Of a stretch of DNA of 64,000 nt, positions 26,557-39,225 are shown piece by piece; within the stretch, counting starts at the first letter, position 1, and each line of letters begins with the position of its first letter. Location of the stretch: positions 4,777,241 to 4,841,240 of the forward strand of contig OZ316899.1 of the NCBI GenBank assembly GCA_973895155.1. The letters run 5' to 3'. The translations under genes and the position numbers were made by a program. The notes under the pieces are model-generated. The model was not told the DNA's origin. It was given only the letters and a program-made list of their open reading frames with translations, and made no database searches. This DNA is from Marsupella aquatica (lineage: Eukaryota > Plantae > Marchantiophyta).

Positions 26557-27083
26557 ATGTCGATTTTTCCAGACTACCACACCATATGTAGACACCTCAT
26601 ACGGGTGGCTACATGGATGTATGTTGTGGTGGTTTGGTTGGTTGGTTTGGTAATCCGACAATTTGTACCCCCACTTGGCAGAATCATTGTCAACCTTGAA
26701 TCTATTGTACAGTATTGTAGGGCAGATGAGGAAGAGGTTTACTTTTTGGCAGATGAGTCTGAAGTCGGGTGTGAAGAGGATGACGAGGAATGTACAGTAG
26801 TTTGCTACATGTTTTGCCATATGATTTAGTAGTCATAGATGTATGGCCTAGGGTTCTTTCCATGTCGTCAACGCAAGATATTTGCCAATATTGACTCATT
26901 AGTACCCAATGGAGGGACTTGGTAGCCATGTCCCCACAATGGAAGGCATTGAAACCACTACTTGTAGGCACAGGTCGTAGACCACCATGGCATGATCTTG
27001 GGTTAGACATAGATGACTTAATGTACTTGCCTGAGTATCTGAGGGTTGACTATCATCGAGCACAAGATTGGTATTTGTACTGA
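26557..27083 (+). pseudogene. CACTA cargo: F-box-like protein (frameshift and stop)
   Basis: MSIFPD...CRHLIRVA...EEEVYFLADE, then a shifted frame LPYDLVVIDVWPRVL...DICQY*LISTQWRDLV...RPPWHDLGLDIDDLMYLPEYLR; aligns with 46644-47177. Confidence 0.8.
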
Positions 27084-28234
27084 TCTGATATCACTCTAGT
27101 GGAGTGGGTTTCTATGACTATAGGTGATTGTATTCTGATATGGTCATGGATGTACGTGCAGAGTAGCCTAGAGGTGTGGAGTCTAGTGCTAGTACCATTA
27201 AAGTGGAGGATTTTGCAGTATCCAGAGAGCTTGCAGAGCTTGCAAGGTACGTGGGTCCTCTGCATTCTGGCAAATTGAGTGGAAGACATTGTTTGGGTTG
27301 TCTTGAAGTGGCTGAAACAATGTTGAGGAACTTTTGTGGTAGTCAAGATGACTTGAATAGGAGGGATGACAAGTTATCACTAGTAGAAACCGGGGGTATT
27401 TAGACCCCATTAAACGACTATTCAGTACCATATAGGACTTGGAAACGATTGGGAAGGACTCCAGTCCTTTATAGGACTGTGAGTCGTATGTTTTGTTACT
27501 ATAATCAACTGAGTCCTTTATAGAACTGGTTTATAAGTCGTTTAATAGACTGGATTTTCAGTCTATTTTAGTCTTTGTGTGGGTAGCTTTGGTGAGTCAT
27601 TTTTAGTCTTTTATGGGCTGCGATGGTGAGTCGTTGGGAACGACTAAAAGGTTATGGAGGGTAGTCTTTAAATATACTTTGTGTGTTTATAAAACGACTA
27701 AAGTAGACACTTTGTGGGGTATGTATAAGTCTTTCATGTCAACTGGATATGAGTGATGAAGACCCCACTATACTACTTGGAATGAACTCACTCTTGTGCA
27801 CAAATAACACATTCCATTCATGTTTTATTGTGTACTTGGAATGAACTCACTCTATAAGCTCACCATTCATCATGTTCACATTAGAACACATAGAGTTTCA
27901 TAAAGCCATCTTCTATACCATGTACACTAATATGAATTCACAGATTCAAACATCATAAACTACAAAGGTCACAAAGTATTTCTCTATACCATACACACTA
28001 TACTGAAATGATACAAAACAGATTCAAGTATCATAGACAATCACCATAGAGCCATAGTTTGACATCAATCAATTGTTTCATACATACAGAATTCAGAAAT
28101 ATCAATGTCACACACAACGGCTCCTTCATCCTCTTTACCAAATGGAAAAATTGGTACAGATATTTCTTGGATCTTTCCAAGGCAATGTCAAAATGTGACA
28201 CAATGCACATGATTCTATCTCCACTTGCATTCAG

Positions 28235-31200
28235 TCACTGCAGACTAACACACTCTAATGGCCAGAGCACAAGAGATCCTACTGCATCTGCAATTATTTC
28301 CTGAGGTGGATCATCGTCTCTATTCGGAAATGGCAAATTACAATCAGATACAATCATTGTAGTCAACAACACTACTACATGGTCATCCAGGACCACTTTG
28401 CCATGGAATTTAGCATGATCCGGTCGCAAAATGCATGTACCCACACATACTTGTGAGTCATCCTCCCATGATAGAAGATTATGGATTGGCTCTGCTGTGG
28501 CTATCACCTCCACCTTACCCTAGCTGTTTTTCTTGACTTTCCTGGGTGGCTTATACATGACATTATTCATACCTTGGTTGCAAGTCATGACTTTGGCACG
28601 AGTGTTTTGTGCTGGTGATCGAGAATTGGCTACACTCTTCTTCAAAGAATCTGCATCCATATTTGACACTTCCGATTGTGTAGCAGGATTTCCCTGCGAC
28701 ATCATCTCAGTATCTGCCAACATTGTACTTGCTTCAATTGAAGCATCTACAATCTTACTTGCATCCAATGTTGCTCCCAAGTTTTGACATCGCTTCACCC
28801 TGCTCCCACTTGGTTGAGAGTCTGTCAACTCTACATCAACTACTATTCAGTGTCATGTCCAACATAAGTCAATCACTCATCACATGTGCTAAATGTACAT
28901 GTCACCAACCACAAAGTTGTCACTATCTCCTTACCATTATGAACAGCCTTCTTTCCCTTCTTTGCCATTGCCATATCCTCCATGTCTGCTTCTGCTGATC
29001 AATAAACACACCACAATATTCAGGTTCAATCTATTAACCACTGAATTGTTTCTCAACATTCATATAGAGGAATTTAAAGCATCAGCTTACCTGATACCTC
29101 CTTGACTATGGTCACTGAGGCATTGGGCACATCTTTTTCATTATTTCTCTTTGAATCACCTGATACATCAATCATGATGTCACTTCAGATCCCAGTTGAT
29201 CCAACCAGTTCTTACAGAAAAGATTACCTCCAACCGGCTTAAGCTTCACAAACTCCATGCACTTTTCAAATGATTCATACTGGATCATATTAGTAGGTTA
29301 CTTGTCTCAGCAACCTTTTTGCCATTCTGCTTACTGATTATAGGGTCCTTCTCTGCCTCCACTCTTCCTGCATTCAAACCATTCACTTACTGATTACAGG
29401 GTCCTTCTCTGCCTCCACTCTTCCTGCATTAAAACCATTCACTCAATTCATGAAAACTTACTTCTAACATTTGAACATAGGACACAATGAACAATGGGCC
29501 GGTGTCATTTCCATACCTGTGTCAGATTTGCCAATTCCCTTTTTTGTTAACAAGGGCACACTTTGTACAATGTTGCCCTCATTGTTTGGTTGGGAACCAC
29601 CCAATTTTTCAATCACAAGCTTGAAATTAGATTCCACTGATGCAAGAAGGTTTCCTACAGATGCCTCCACAATATCCAAACGATCAGCCAATTTACTTTC
29701 CACTCAAGGGAGTCCACAGTCTAATGACTTCAACCGTTCACACATCTCTGTGAGAGTTGTAACAGTTCCCTGTCATAACACAGCTTACATATCTCAGATA
29801 ACTGTCCCCAAGAACTGGTTGCTTACTTCCTACTACATTTCTTTTTGATGCTCAAGGCCAAATAGTCACAGACCATACAAAATTACAACATAATCACCTG
29901 TTTGGAAGTCACACTTGTCACCTCACTCCTTTGTTTCATGAACTCCTCTCTCACTTCTTGTGCTGATGGTCCTTCACCTGTCAATTTCTTCTGCAGTCCA
30001 CATCAACATACATATGAATGAAACCAAGTGTTGATTGTCAATGAAAATGTAATAATGGTAGCAAGATGATAAGTTTGAGGCTTACTATCAGGCATGTCAC
30101 TGCCTTACCAATTGTTCTTTCACTGGAGCATAACTTCCTCTCCCAGCCTGTGACAGGTGTTTCACTTTGCCTCGAGCATTTGACATCAGTTCACTCTTGC
30201 TCTGTCCAGCCTCCGACATGAACCCTTTGATTAACCGTGTCCATTGATCCAGTTCCAATGATGGGGGTGGTGGCATTCTCCTGTTAGAACCATTGTCTAT
30301 CCACATCCTTTTCAACCTATGCCTCTCTTGTTTCAAAATCCTCATTGCATAATCTGATATGAAATCTTCAACTGGGCCCTTACCATCATTACCAACATAG
30401 TCCCACCATTCAAGAATGTCCTTGCAGATAGCAGCCGAATCAGCTTTGTTCTGACTCCTAAACTTTGTAATGCTCAAATCTAACCAACGCAATACTTCTC
30501 CTCTTAGGTCAAAATGCCAACGGTTCTTACCATCACATGTGGGAGTTATCCAACCATCGGAATTCACTTCTACTTTACCAAATTTGTTACTGTCTCCTGC
30601 CTTGGTACTCCCTGAAGCGCTACTAGGTGTCCCTCCACGGCCTGGTGTCCCCCCACGGCCTGGGGTCCCTCCACGGCCTGATCTCCCCCCACGGCCTGGA
30701 TTGCATTGTCCAAACCTCCTTGGAGTCCCTGCACATTTACGGGATCCATTAGGTAAGTATGAAGCATAAATTTTGCTGCCAAATATACACTGGACTTCAG
30801 AGCAATTTTGCAATGACCAAGTTACCTCTCCCTTGGCGCATAGATGGTTTTGGACCACCTGTCCAATTGCTTTGTCTTGATGAATTAGGGCCATTTCTCT
30901 CGCCTGTGAATGATTGCCTCCTATCTGAACGTGGATGGCCTTTGTTGTTTTTGTGATTGTCCCAATCAAAGTCTGCATACCAACATGTACATGCCACACT
31001 GATGGACCGTAAGATTAACTCTTTGCCCTAGCTAGAGTTCAGATAAGTCCATATTGAGCTAAATCTCTACTACCATCACAAAATCACTAGCACAAGGCAC
31101 TTACTTGTCCAATCATCCTCCTCACCTTTCCATTGCCCTCTATACCCGTCTCTACCATGCTTTGGGTGTTCATATTCATCCCATCCATCTTCTGCTCCAT

Positions 31201-31447
31201 CATAGTCATCATCATAATCATTAGGCGTCCCTTGCCAATAACTCTGGCTCCTTCTAGGTTATGGATTATGTGATTTCTCTCTAGCTGCCCGCCTGCCTGG
31301 CACTTGATGAGGGCCCTGTGCATCCTGCATAGTTGCATTTTTCTGTGAGCCCCCTGCATCTGGATCTCCATCCATATCCAATCTTTCCTCTTCACCCCAC
31401 TCTCCAAGCCCCATGTCTGTCTCCATGTCATCCCCCTCTTCCCCCAT
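28235..31447 (-). pseudogene. TnpA-like multi-exon gene of B1
   Basis: Exonic ORFs 31259-31447, 30097-30999, 29464-29703, 28520-28828 and 28235-28513, homologous to the B2 exons, with extra stops. Confidence 0.75.
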
Positions 31448-31624
31448 AGCTTATGCACAACACCCACAACCAAACAAGGAGAATCAGCACACTAAATTCA
31501 AAGTATCAATCAATTTCATGCATATCCAACTATCCTAAACATCATTCCAGGGAGCAATTCCCATTCTGTGACTCTGTGCAGGTAGTCATCCTCAACCTCA
31601 TACTTGCCAATCGCCAGTTGTTGC

Positions 31625-34600
31625 CTATTGCACATCATCAACCTCATCATATTCCATCTCCCCAGGTTCATCATATGTCTCTCTCAATGTTAACGGGATG
31701 TAGTCGGTCCCTGCCCGAGTTGGAACTACAGTCTCCTGACTAGGATGCTCGAATGCAGCATGGTTGTCCAAACTGAACTCTACTTTACTTCCATCCATCC
31801 GCCTGTTCCATGCTTGGCTATGGCATACCACCCTCCAGTCATGTGACCCCTCCATATCTAGAAAGAAAGCCTGTTCAACTTGGCTAGGGAAAACAAAAGG
31901 CTCAGACCATTCTGGTACTCTGGACCTAAAATTGGCCAACAAGAACCCATCAGGATCACGCTTCATGGTGGCCCTTGGCCTTTGCCATTCTGATTTCACC
32001 CATGCTCCCTTCATCAATATTATAGGGACACTTGTGTTACCATAATTCAAGACCCAAATGTTTGGCAACTCCCCCACATAACCCATCTTCATCCACCCCC
32101 CCTGTTCTTCAGAGTTTCTCTGCTCAAACACAGATATCAATCCACAATCATATGATACACAATGGTCACCCTGCTCATCCCTCACTCGATAATGATTTCC
32201 ATAAGCTCTCATCCGTTTGTAGGTCAGAATAGACAATCGTGGTGGCACAGATAGAAGATACAAATCCTTCTCCATATTTGGGTGATGTCTACTATGCTCT
32301 CGAAATTGCCACCCAAATCCACTGCTTGAACTGTGGGAAGGGATCCTGCTGCCCAAAGTGTGCAACTTTTTGCATATCATATTCCCTGCAATATGAGGTA
32401 CAGGCATAGTTAGGTCTAAACAACACATGACAACCTAAGATCACCCTTGGAATAGACAAGAAGCATCACAACAAAGGCAAGTCAATTCAATCACTCACCT
32501 CCACCATGGTTGCATAGGCTATGTGTTCGCCAGCACATATGAATGAGCCTTGTCTCAAATCGCAACAGACAGCTGAACAGCACGTCCCACACCTTCAACA
32601 ACCTCGCCACTCACTCCATCATCTTCACCAGATTTCCAAACTCTTGTCATAGCTTCACCAGACCCAGCCATGTATTCTGTTAGGAACCCAATGTCTCATC
32701 CTTAATGTACCCCAATGCCATGGAAGCCTCTGGCCTGTAGTATGTTCTCACATGACCTTTCAACAACTTCATGTATCGCTCCATAGGGTACATCCATCTC
32801 GTACTGACTGGCCCATACTACCCTAGCTCTTCTACCACATGGATTAGGAGATGAGTCATAACATCAAAGAAAGCAGGGGGGAAGTATATCTCCAAGTCAC
32901 AGAGGACATAAGCAGCATCCTGTTTCAACTGCTCCAATCCTTGGGGATCCCACACTTTCACACATATACGGCAAAATACATTGCACAGTCAAAGAATGAC
33001 ATTACGGACTGGTTTTTGCATGAGACCTCTAAGGCATAGGGGCAAAATGTGCTGCATCAACACATGGTAGTCATGTGTTTTCATACTGCCAAGTTTATTC
33101 TTTGTAATATGCTTCTTGAAGGCACCAACATAGCCAGAGGGTACTTTCAGACAACTCAATCTATACAAGAATGTCTTCCATTCTTCCTGTGTGCACACAT
33201 AGGGAGCTTGGAACTTGAGAAGTACATTGGGATTGCTTGCATGGGGCTTCAAACAAAGGTGAGGGCGAATCCCCTTCTGTTGCATATCAGCTCGAACTGC
33301 TCCTGTATCTTTCTCACCCGACAAGAACTTCAGCAAGCTCTCACAAATATTTTTCTCAATGTGCATGACGTCCACATTGTGTTTGCTGGGCTTGAATTCC
33401 TGCACTCCACAAAGCAAAGAATTCAACAACAGAAACACTAATTAACCAAATAGGAGGATTGTAACCAACATCAATCCACCATTGCTCCAATCTAAAATTG
33501 CAATCATATAGGGGCTGGAGGCTAAGTACATTACCCTCCAGTACTCCAACTCCAAGTCCATCAAGGTCTGTCTTTTCACACCGTGTTTCACCACTGGATC
33601 CTCAGGTTCTTGATCAGTGATACTTCTCTTGTCCCAATCAGCCTTCCTAGCTGCCCACCTCAGGACTTGCTCTCTGGTGACCCTCTGTGGTGGGCCACAA
33701 AGCTCTGTTTTGTTGTTGAAGTGTGCAATTTGCGACCGTGTGTGCCTGTAAGGATGATCAGCAGGCAGATACCTTCTATGCCCCTGAAATTTCATACTGT
33801 GCAGGGCATGCAACCACTCACTTGTCACATTTTTCCCACATGGTGTGCACCCCACATAGCCCTTTGTCACTCGTCCAGATATGATGCCATGGCCTGGGTA
33901 ATCTGCTATATCCAGCAATCAAATTGCATGCAGTCTAAAGGGGCTGGGTTGAAGAAGCCCCTTCAGAACATCATGGGTTAACACCCCTTCTATCCACAAA
34001 GTCTTCCACTCTTCCACTGCTGGAGCCAACATGATATCTATGAATTGATCGGTTACAGAAGCTGGTCCAGGGATTAGCAGCACCATCATGACAAAAAACC
34101 TCTTTGTAGTCATCCATGGGGGAAGGTTGTAATTTAGCAGCGTAACCGGCCAACATGAATAACGGTTGTTTTTGTCTCCAAATGGGTTTACTCCATCCAG
34201 TGATAGACCAAATCGAAAGTTCCGCTTCTCTGCAGCAAACTGTGGCCACCTCTCATCAACAAATTTCCAATGGTTGGAATCTCCAATGTGACGCTGCAGG
34301 CCATCACTGCTCTTGTTATCAGGAGTCCATGTCATCAGCTTGGAAATGGCAGGGCATCTAAACAGACGTTATAGTCTAGGAATGAGAGGAAAATGACGAA
34401 GAACCTTGGCAGGGTGTGTACATTTCCCTACATTCTTGTACCTGTGCTTACCACAATGAGGGCATGTCAATTTATGTACATGCTCTTTGCGAAACAGAAC
34501 ACACCCATCAGGGCATGCGTCAATAGACACATAGTTCAGCCCAAGGTTAGACATCAATTTCCTAGCCTCGTACATATTTTTTGGAATTGAATTACCATTT

Positions 34601-35323
34601 GGTAACACATTTCGGCACAGGAAGGTCAACAACTCTATCACAACTATATTGGGAACATTGTGATTGCCACAGATGTTCAACAACAACACCACACAACCCA
34701 ACTTGGAGCAATTTGACCCCTCGTAGATAGGAATGCAAGCTTCTTTGATGTGTTTTGGGCCCCCAAACACCCACTCCCTCTCTGCTGCACCTTCCCTAAT
34801 GTCAAAGTCAGGTTCAGGTGGGCCGTGTCCAATGTGTGGCTGCAATTCATTGTCCTCTTCTGATTCCATTGTCGTAAAAAGCATCAAGGTCTTCAAAAAT
34901 CTCTTGAACCATTCTTGGGACATCCATCCCACCTTCCTCAGTGACTGTCTCTGCATCTCCATCTTGGTCATCCACGTTCTGATGTTGTACCCCAGGACCA
35001 TCCTTTGCACCGTCTATGTCCTGCTCTACGTAGTCTCTACGCCTAGCTATATTAGACTCCACAAAGTCAGCTTTCCACTCTTCATCAGAGGAGTCTTCTT
35101 CTACTGGTACATTCCAAACCCTCCACCGAGGGTGCCTTTCATGCCGCAGCAGGTGAAGGTGCACAGTGTTCAAACTCAACGACTTGAATCCTTGGCATTG
35201 TGTGAATGGGCATCTCATCCTCCTACTCTTACCTTGGGCGGCCCGGGCTTGTTCACGCATCCACAATTTAGAATCATGATGCCTAATCCTAAATGGGTTC
35301 TGAAGAGGCAACCTTGGAGCCAT
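31625..35323 (-). pseudogene. CACTA TnpD-like transposase of B1 (degenerate)
   Basis: RCPFTQC...HLLRH; IDACPDGCVLF; LSLDGVNPF...SCWPV..LNYNLPPW; DYPGHG; HNVDVMHIEKN; LGSMKTHDYHVLMQ; EPFVFPSQVEQAFF. Multiple stops and frameshifts. Confidence 0.92.
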
Positions 35324-35655
35324 CACTATAGACACGCACTCAGCGCCCTGTCATTTTATTATGCAAGTGAAAAATACACTCCCTGTTAAGGATTTCACCC
35401 CCGACTGTACTTGCCAAAAGATGTAGCATAACATTCCAAAAAAACAAAAAAAACAAAAAATATAGGTGCCTGAGTCATGTACCTATTCTCAAGTGAATGA
35501 GACAAAATTCCTAAATGTTTGAGGGTGTCAACTCCTCCGCTGTCCTCACATGTACTGCCTCTGCACATACATCCATGACCATATCAGAGTCCAATCATGT
35601 ATAGTCATAGACACAGGTGCCAGGTGCGAGACCGGTGTGAGATGTCCTCATCTTA

Positions 35656-36189
35656 CTACCACATAAAATACGGATACCAATCCTGTTGTTGATGCCACTC
35701 AGCCCTGAGGTACTTAGGCATGTACATTAAGTCATCAAGGTCTAAACCCTGCTCATGCCATGGTGGTCTTTGATCCGTGCCTACAAGCAGTGGCAACAGT
35801 GCCCTCCACGGTGCACACGTTGCTACCAAGTCCCTCCACTGGGTACTAATTAGTCTATATTTTCAGATATCTTGTGCGACAGACATCACAAGAACCCTCG
35901 GCCAGACATGTGTAAGAACTATATCATCTGCCAAATCAGGCAACAAGGAACCACCTACAGCATCGTGCTTGTCTAACTCATCTGCTGAAAAGTAAATGTC
36001 CTCTTCGGACTGTGCATCCTCATTCACCACAGCATTCACAACACATCCAAGGTCTGCAGGCATTATCTCGGATGGAGCTACACTCTGTCTGGTTACCAAT
36101 CCACACATGTAAGCCCAAGTAGTAGCCATGCACGATGCAACCCGTAGGAGGACCCTACATAGGGCCTGTCGGTTTGGAAGAGGCAGCAT
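35656..36189 (-). pseudogene. F-box-like cargo gene of B1 (premature stop at 35863)
   Basis: Near-identical to 46644-47177; DIC changed to DI*. Confidence 0.8.
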
Positions 36190-36365
36190 ACCCACCAAAG
36201 TCTTCTGCCAAACAGAGCCCAGCAAGTAGATTCACAATCACACCCCACGCAACAGGAAACAACAATCACTTCAACTGCGACCAACCATGACAAGATGAGT
36301 TAGTTCAAGGATCACATTTATTACAAAATTGTGATTTATACAAAAATATGAGGGACTCCTACTCC

Positions 36366-37196
36366 TCACTCTCTCCCACCATTGCTAATCATACATCTCC
36401 GCTGAAGCTTGGAGGGCCAGGCCTCAAAAATACCAAAGTTCCAAGCATTCTGTTGCTTCCCTGTCGCTGTTGATTCCAGAAGCCAATCAGGGGAAAGCAC
36501 CCAAAGATTGTTGTTCATGACAAAATCACGCACTGTTGTCTTAAAGAATTTTCTGCATATTTTCATGTATGACAGACCTACAACATGAGTGGAGGTTTCT
36601 GTTAGACTCTCCTCCACTGTCCCACCTAGCTCAACAACTATGGACTTGTAGAGTCTGCACTTAGTCTCCCCAATTCCCTCTTCTGCAAATACCACACTAA
36701 ACCCCTTCATAATGGTATTTCTCTCCTTGCCATGCTCATTCAATATAGCATCTGCAGTCATAGGATGGTGTCCTATGTTGACAACAGGTCCATATTGGAC
36801 AGAAGCAAAGTTGGGTTTCTCTGCCGCTGCTTCATAGGCTTCCTAAAAGGCCTCCTCACTCTCCCACAATTCATATTGCTCAGTACTCTGTACACACCTA
36901 TGTTTAACAGAATCGGTCAACCAAGAGACTTCAACTACTTTTAGACCTTGGTTGGTAATGGCAGAATCAATGAAGGACCATGACCACTTGTTCATCACAT
37001 CCAGCCATGTCCCCGCAACAACATGTGTAGTCTGTGGAGTGATGTCCTTGACTTCAGTCCCATGGAACTCTGAGAATTGTTTTTGTACGATTGGCCAACT
37101 CACTTGGGTGAACCCATAGTGGCCAGGAATCAAAATGGCTTTGATTCCAGCCAATAGAGGCGGGTGGTCAACCTTTGTACATTTCCTAGAGGCCAT
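36366..37196 (-). pseudogene. Tandem-BRCT cargo gene of B1 (linker deletion creates an in-frame stop at 36843)
   Basis: ORFs 36843-37211 and 36366-36761 are in the same frame and match 47354-48202. Confidence 0.8.
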
Positions 37197-37625
37197 GTAC
37201 ACAGACCCCACCTAATCACTGCAGACCGGAAGATAATGCGTTCACCTGATAATCGGAGGGCCCCTAAAATGCTGCGTTTATAACTTGGTCCAGTCGAGTC
37301 GTCTGGTGAGTCTCTGCTCCGATTCCAAACGGGAGAAATATTGGGACAAATGTACTAGACACCTGCAAGGATGCACCTCATAGTTTGAATATGTGCCTTC
37401 ACAATATTGAAGGTGACAAGTGCAATTGTTTTGTGATGCCACATACAGATGTTGTAAATGGGCAGACATTCAATGAGAATACAAAATGTTGGTACACTTT
37501 AAGGGAATTCTCGCAATTTAAATAGCCTTGTAACTTATATGCTCATAATCAGAAGTCCTGATTTAATTTAAGCATTGTCATGTAAGTCGTGATCAAAATG
37601 ATTGCAGAGTTAAAAAAGTTCCTAG

Positions 37626-37784
37626 TGTTACAAGGAGGACACCATAGGCAAGAGTTGCTCCACCTCCAACTTCACTAATGATCATAATCTTGGATACACT
37701 TGTGGGGTTATAGGAAGGTGGTTATAACCACTCCTTAACCCATCTACCTAGGGTTAAATCAAGGGTTAACTTTAACTTATAACA
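37626..37784 (-). repeat. 159-bp 3' LTR of the Copia element, with PPT at 37785-37793
   Basis: TGTTA...TAACA ends; minus-strand AAGGGGGAG directly precedes the LTR; starts exactly where B1 homology to B2 breaks (expected TSD CCTAG). Confidence 0.85.
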
Positions 37785-39225
37785 CTCCCCCTTGGTTGAT
37801 TTCAGTATAGCTAAAAATCAACCACACCAAGGGAAAGTTTAACCCGTATTGGTACCCATTTATTTGTGGTTTGGTCTCATCAAAACCCTTCTTCTTACTA
37901 TAAGGGAAAGAGTGCCACAACCATTACATGATATGGGGCCAAATATTTCTAAATGTCAGATATGTTATTCTAATGCAAACTGCACTAGTCTAGACTGAGT
38001 AATTTAAAGTTATTCAAAGTTGAATTTGAAGTCTATAAACGAACAGTTTTGTACTGCTAAGTATCATTTAATGTGGGCTTACACTTCGTGTGTATGTGTG
38101 TAAGGTAATTTTTTTTTGGGGGGGGGGGTTTGTAAAGTGTTGAGTCTGGCCGAAGGTCGCAGTGTGTTTCTCCCAACAGAGTGCTTCTTGGGTGGCAGGA
38201 TCGATCGGGTGGGGCTCCGTTTCATCTTTGCTGCATTGCCGTCTTGCATCGTTCGCTGCACTACACCGCTGCTTTGCATCGGGCCTCAACATCCTCGTCT
38301 TTCGCTATGGTTCTTCTTTCCTCTCGCTTTTCACATAAGTCGGCTGCCACAGCTCTGCTTACACTAGTAGAAACCGGGGGGTATTTAGACCCCATAAAAC
38401 AACTATTCAGTACCGTATAGGACTTGGAAACGACTGGGAAGGACTCCAGTCCTTTATAGGACTATGAGTCGTATGTTTTGTTACTATAATCAACTGAGTC
38501 CTTTATAGAACTGGTTTATAAGTCATTTTATAGACTGGATTTTCAGTCTATTGTAGTCTTTGTGTGGGTAGGTTTGGTGAGTCTTTTTCAGTCTTTTATG
38601 GACTGCGATGGTGAGTCATTGGGAACGACTCAAAAGGTTATGGAGGGTAGTCTTTAAGTATACTTTGTGGGTTTATAAAACGACTAAAGTAGACACTTTG
38701 TGGGGTATGTACAAGTCTTTCATGTCAACTGGAAATGAGTGATGAAGACCCCACTATACTACTTGGAATGAACTCACTCTTGTGCACAAATAACACATTC
38801 CATTCATGTTTTATTGTGTACTTGGAATGAACTCACTCTATAAGCTCACCATTCACCATGTTAACATTAGAACCTCACAAATTTTCAGAAAGCCATCTTC
38901 TATACCATGTACACTAATATGAATTCACAGATTCAAACATCATAGACTACAAAGAAGGTCACAAAGCATTCGTCTATACCATACACACTAATACTTAAAT
39001 GATACAAAACAGATTCAAGTATCATAGACAATCACCATAGAGCCATAGTTTGACATCAATCACTTGTTTCATATATACAGAATTCAGAAATATCAATGTC
39101 ACACACAACGGCTCCTTCATCCTCTTTACCAAATGGAAAAATTGGTACAGATATTTCTTGGATCTTTCCAAGGCACTGTCAAAATGTAACACATGTCACA
39201 TGATTCTATCTACACTTGCATTCAG

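Larger units (their letters stand above)
7210..27377 (+). mobile_element. CACTA (En/Spm) element A, 5' portion with nested insertions; transposase and 3' end presumably beyond the window
   Basis: Starts CACTAGAAGAAAA (12/13 match to the En/Spm TIR CACTACAAGAAAA) exactly where MULE coding stops, preceded by AGA. ACTAC/CCACTACA motifs are dense at 7230-7530 and 13390-19900. Carries homologues of CACTA-B cassette genes in the same order. Confidence 0.7.
27378..37625 (-). mobile_element. CACTA element B, copy B1 (3' portion), interrupted by Copia at 37626
   Basis: TIR CACTAGTAGAAACCGGGG at 27378 (preceded by TAT). Colinear and highly similar to 38362-48631 up to ...CCTAG, where an LTR begins. 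Confidence 0.93.
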
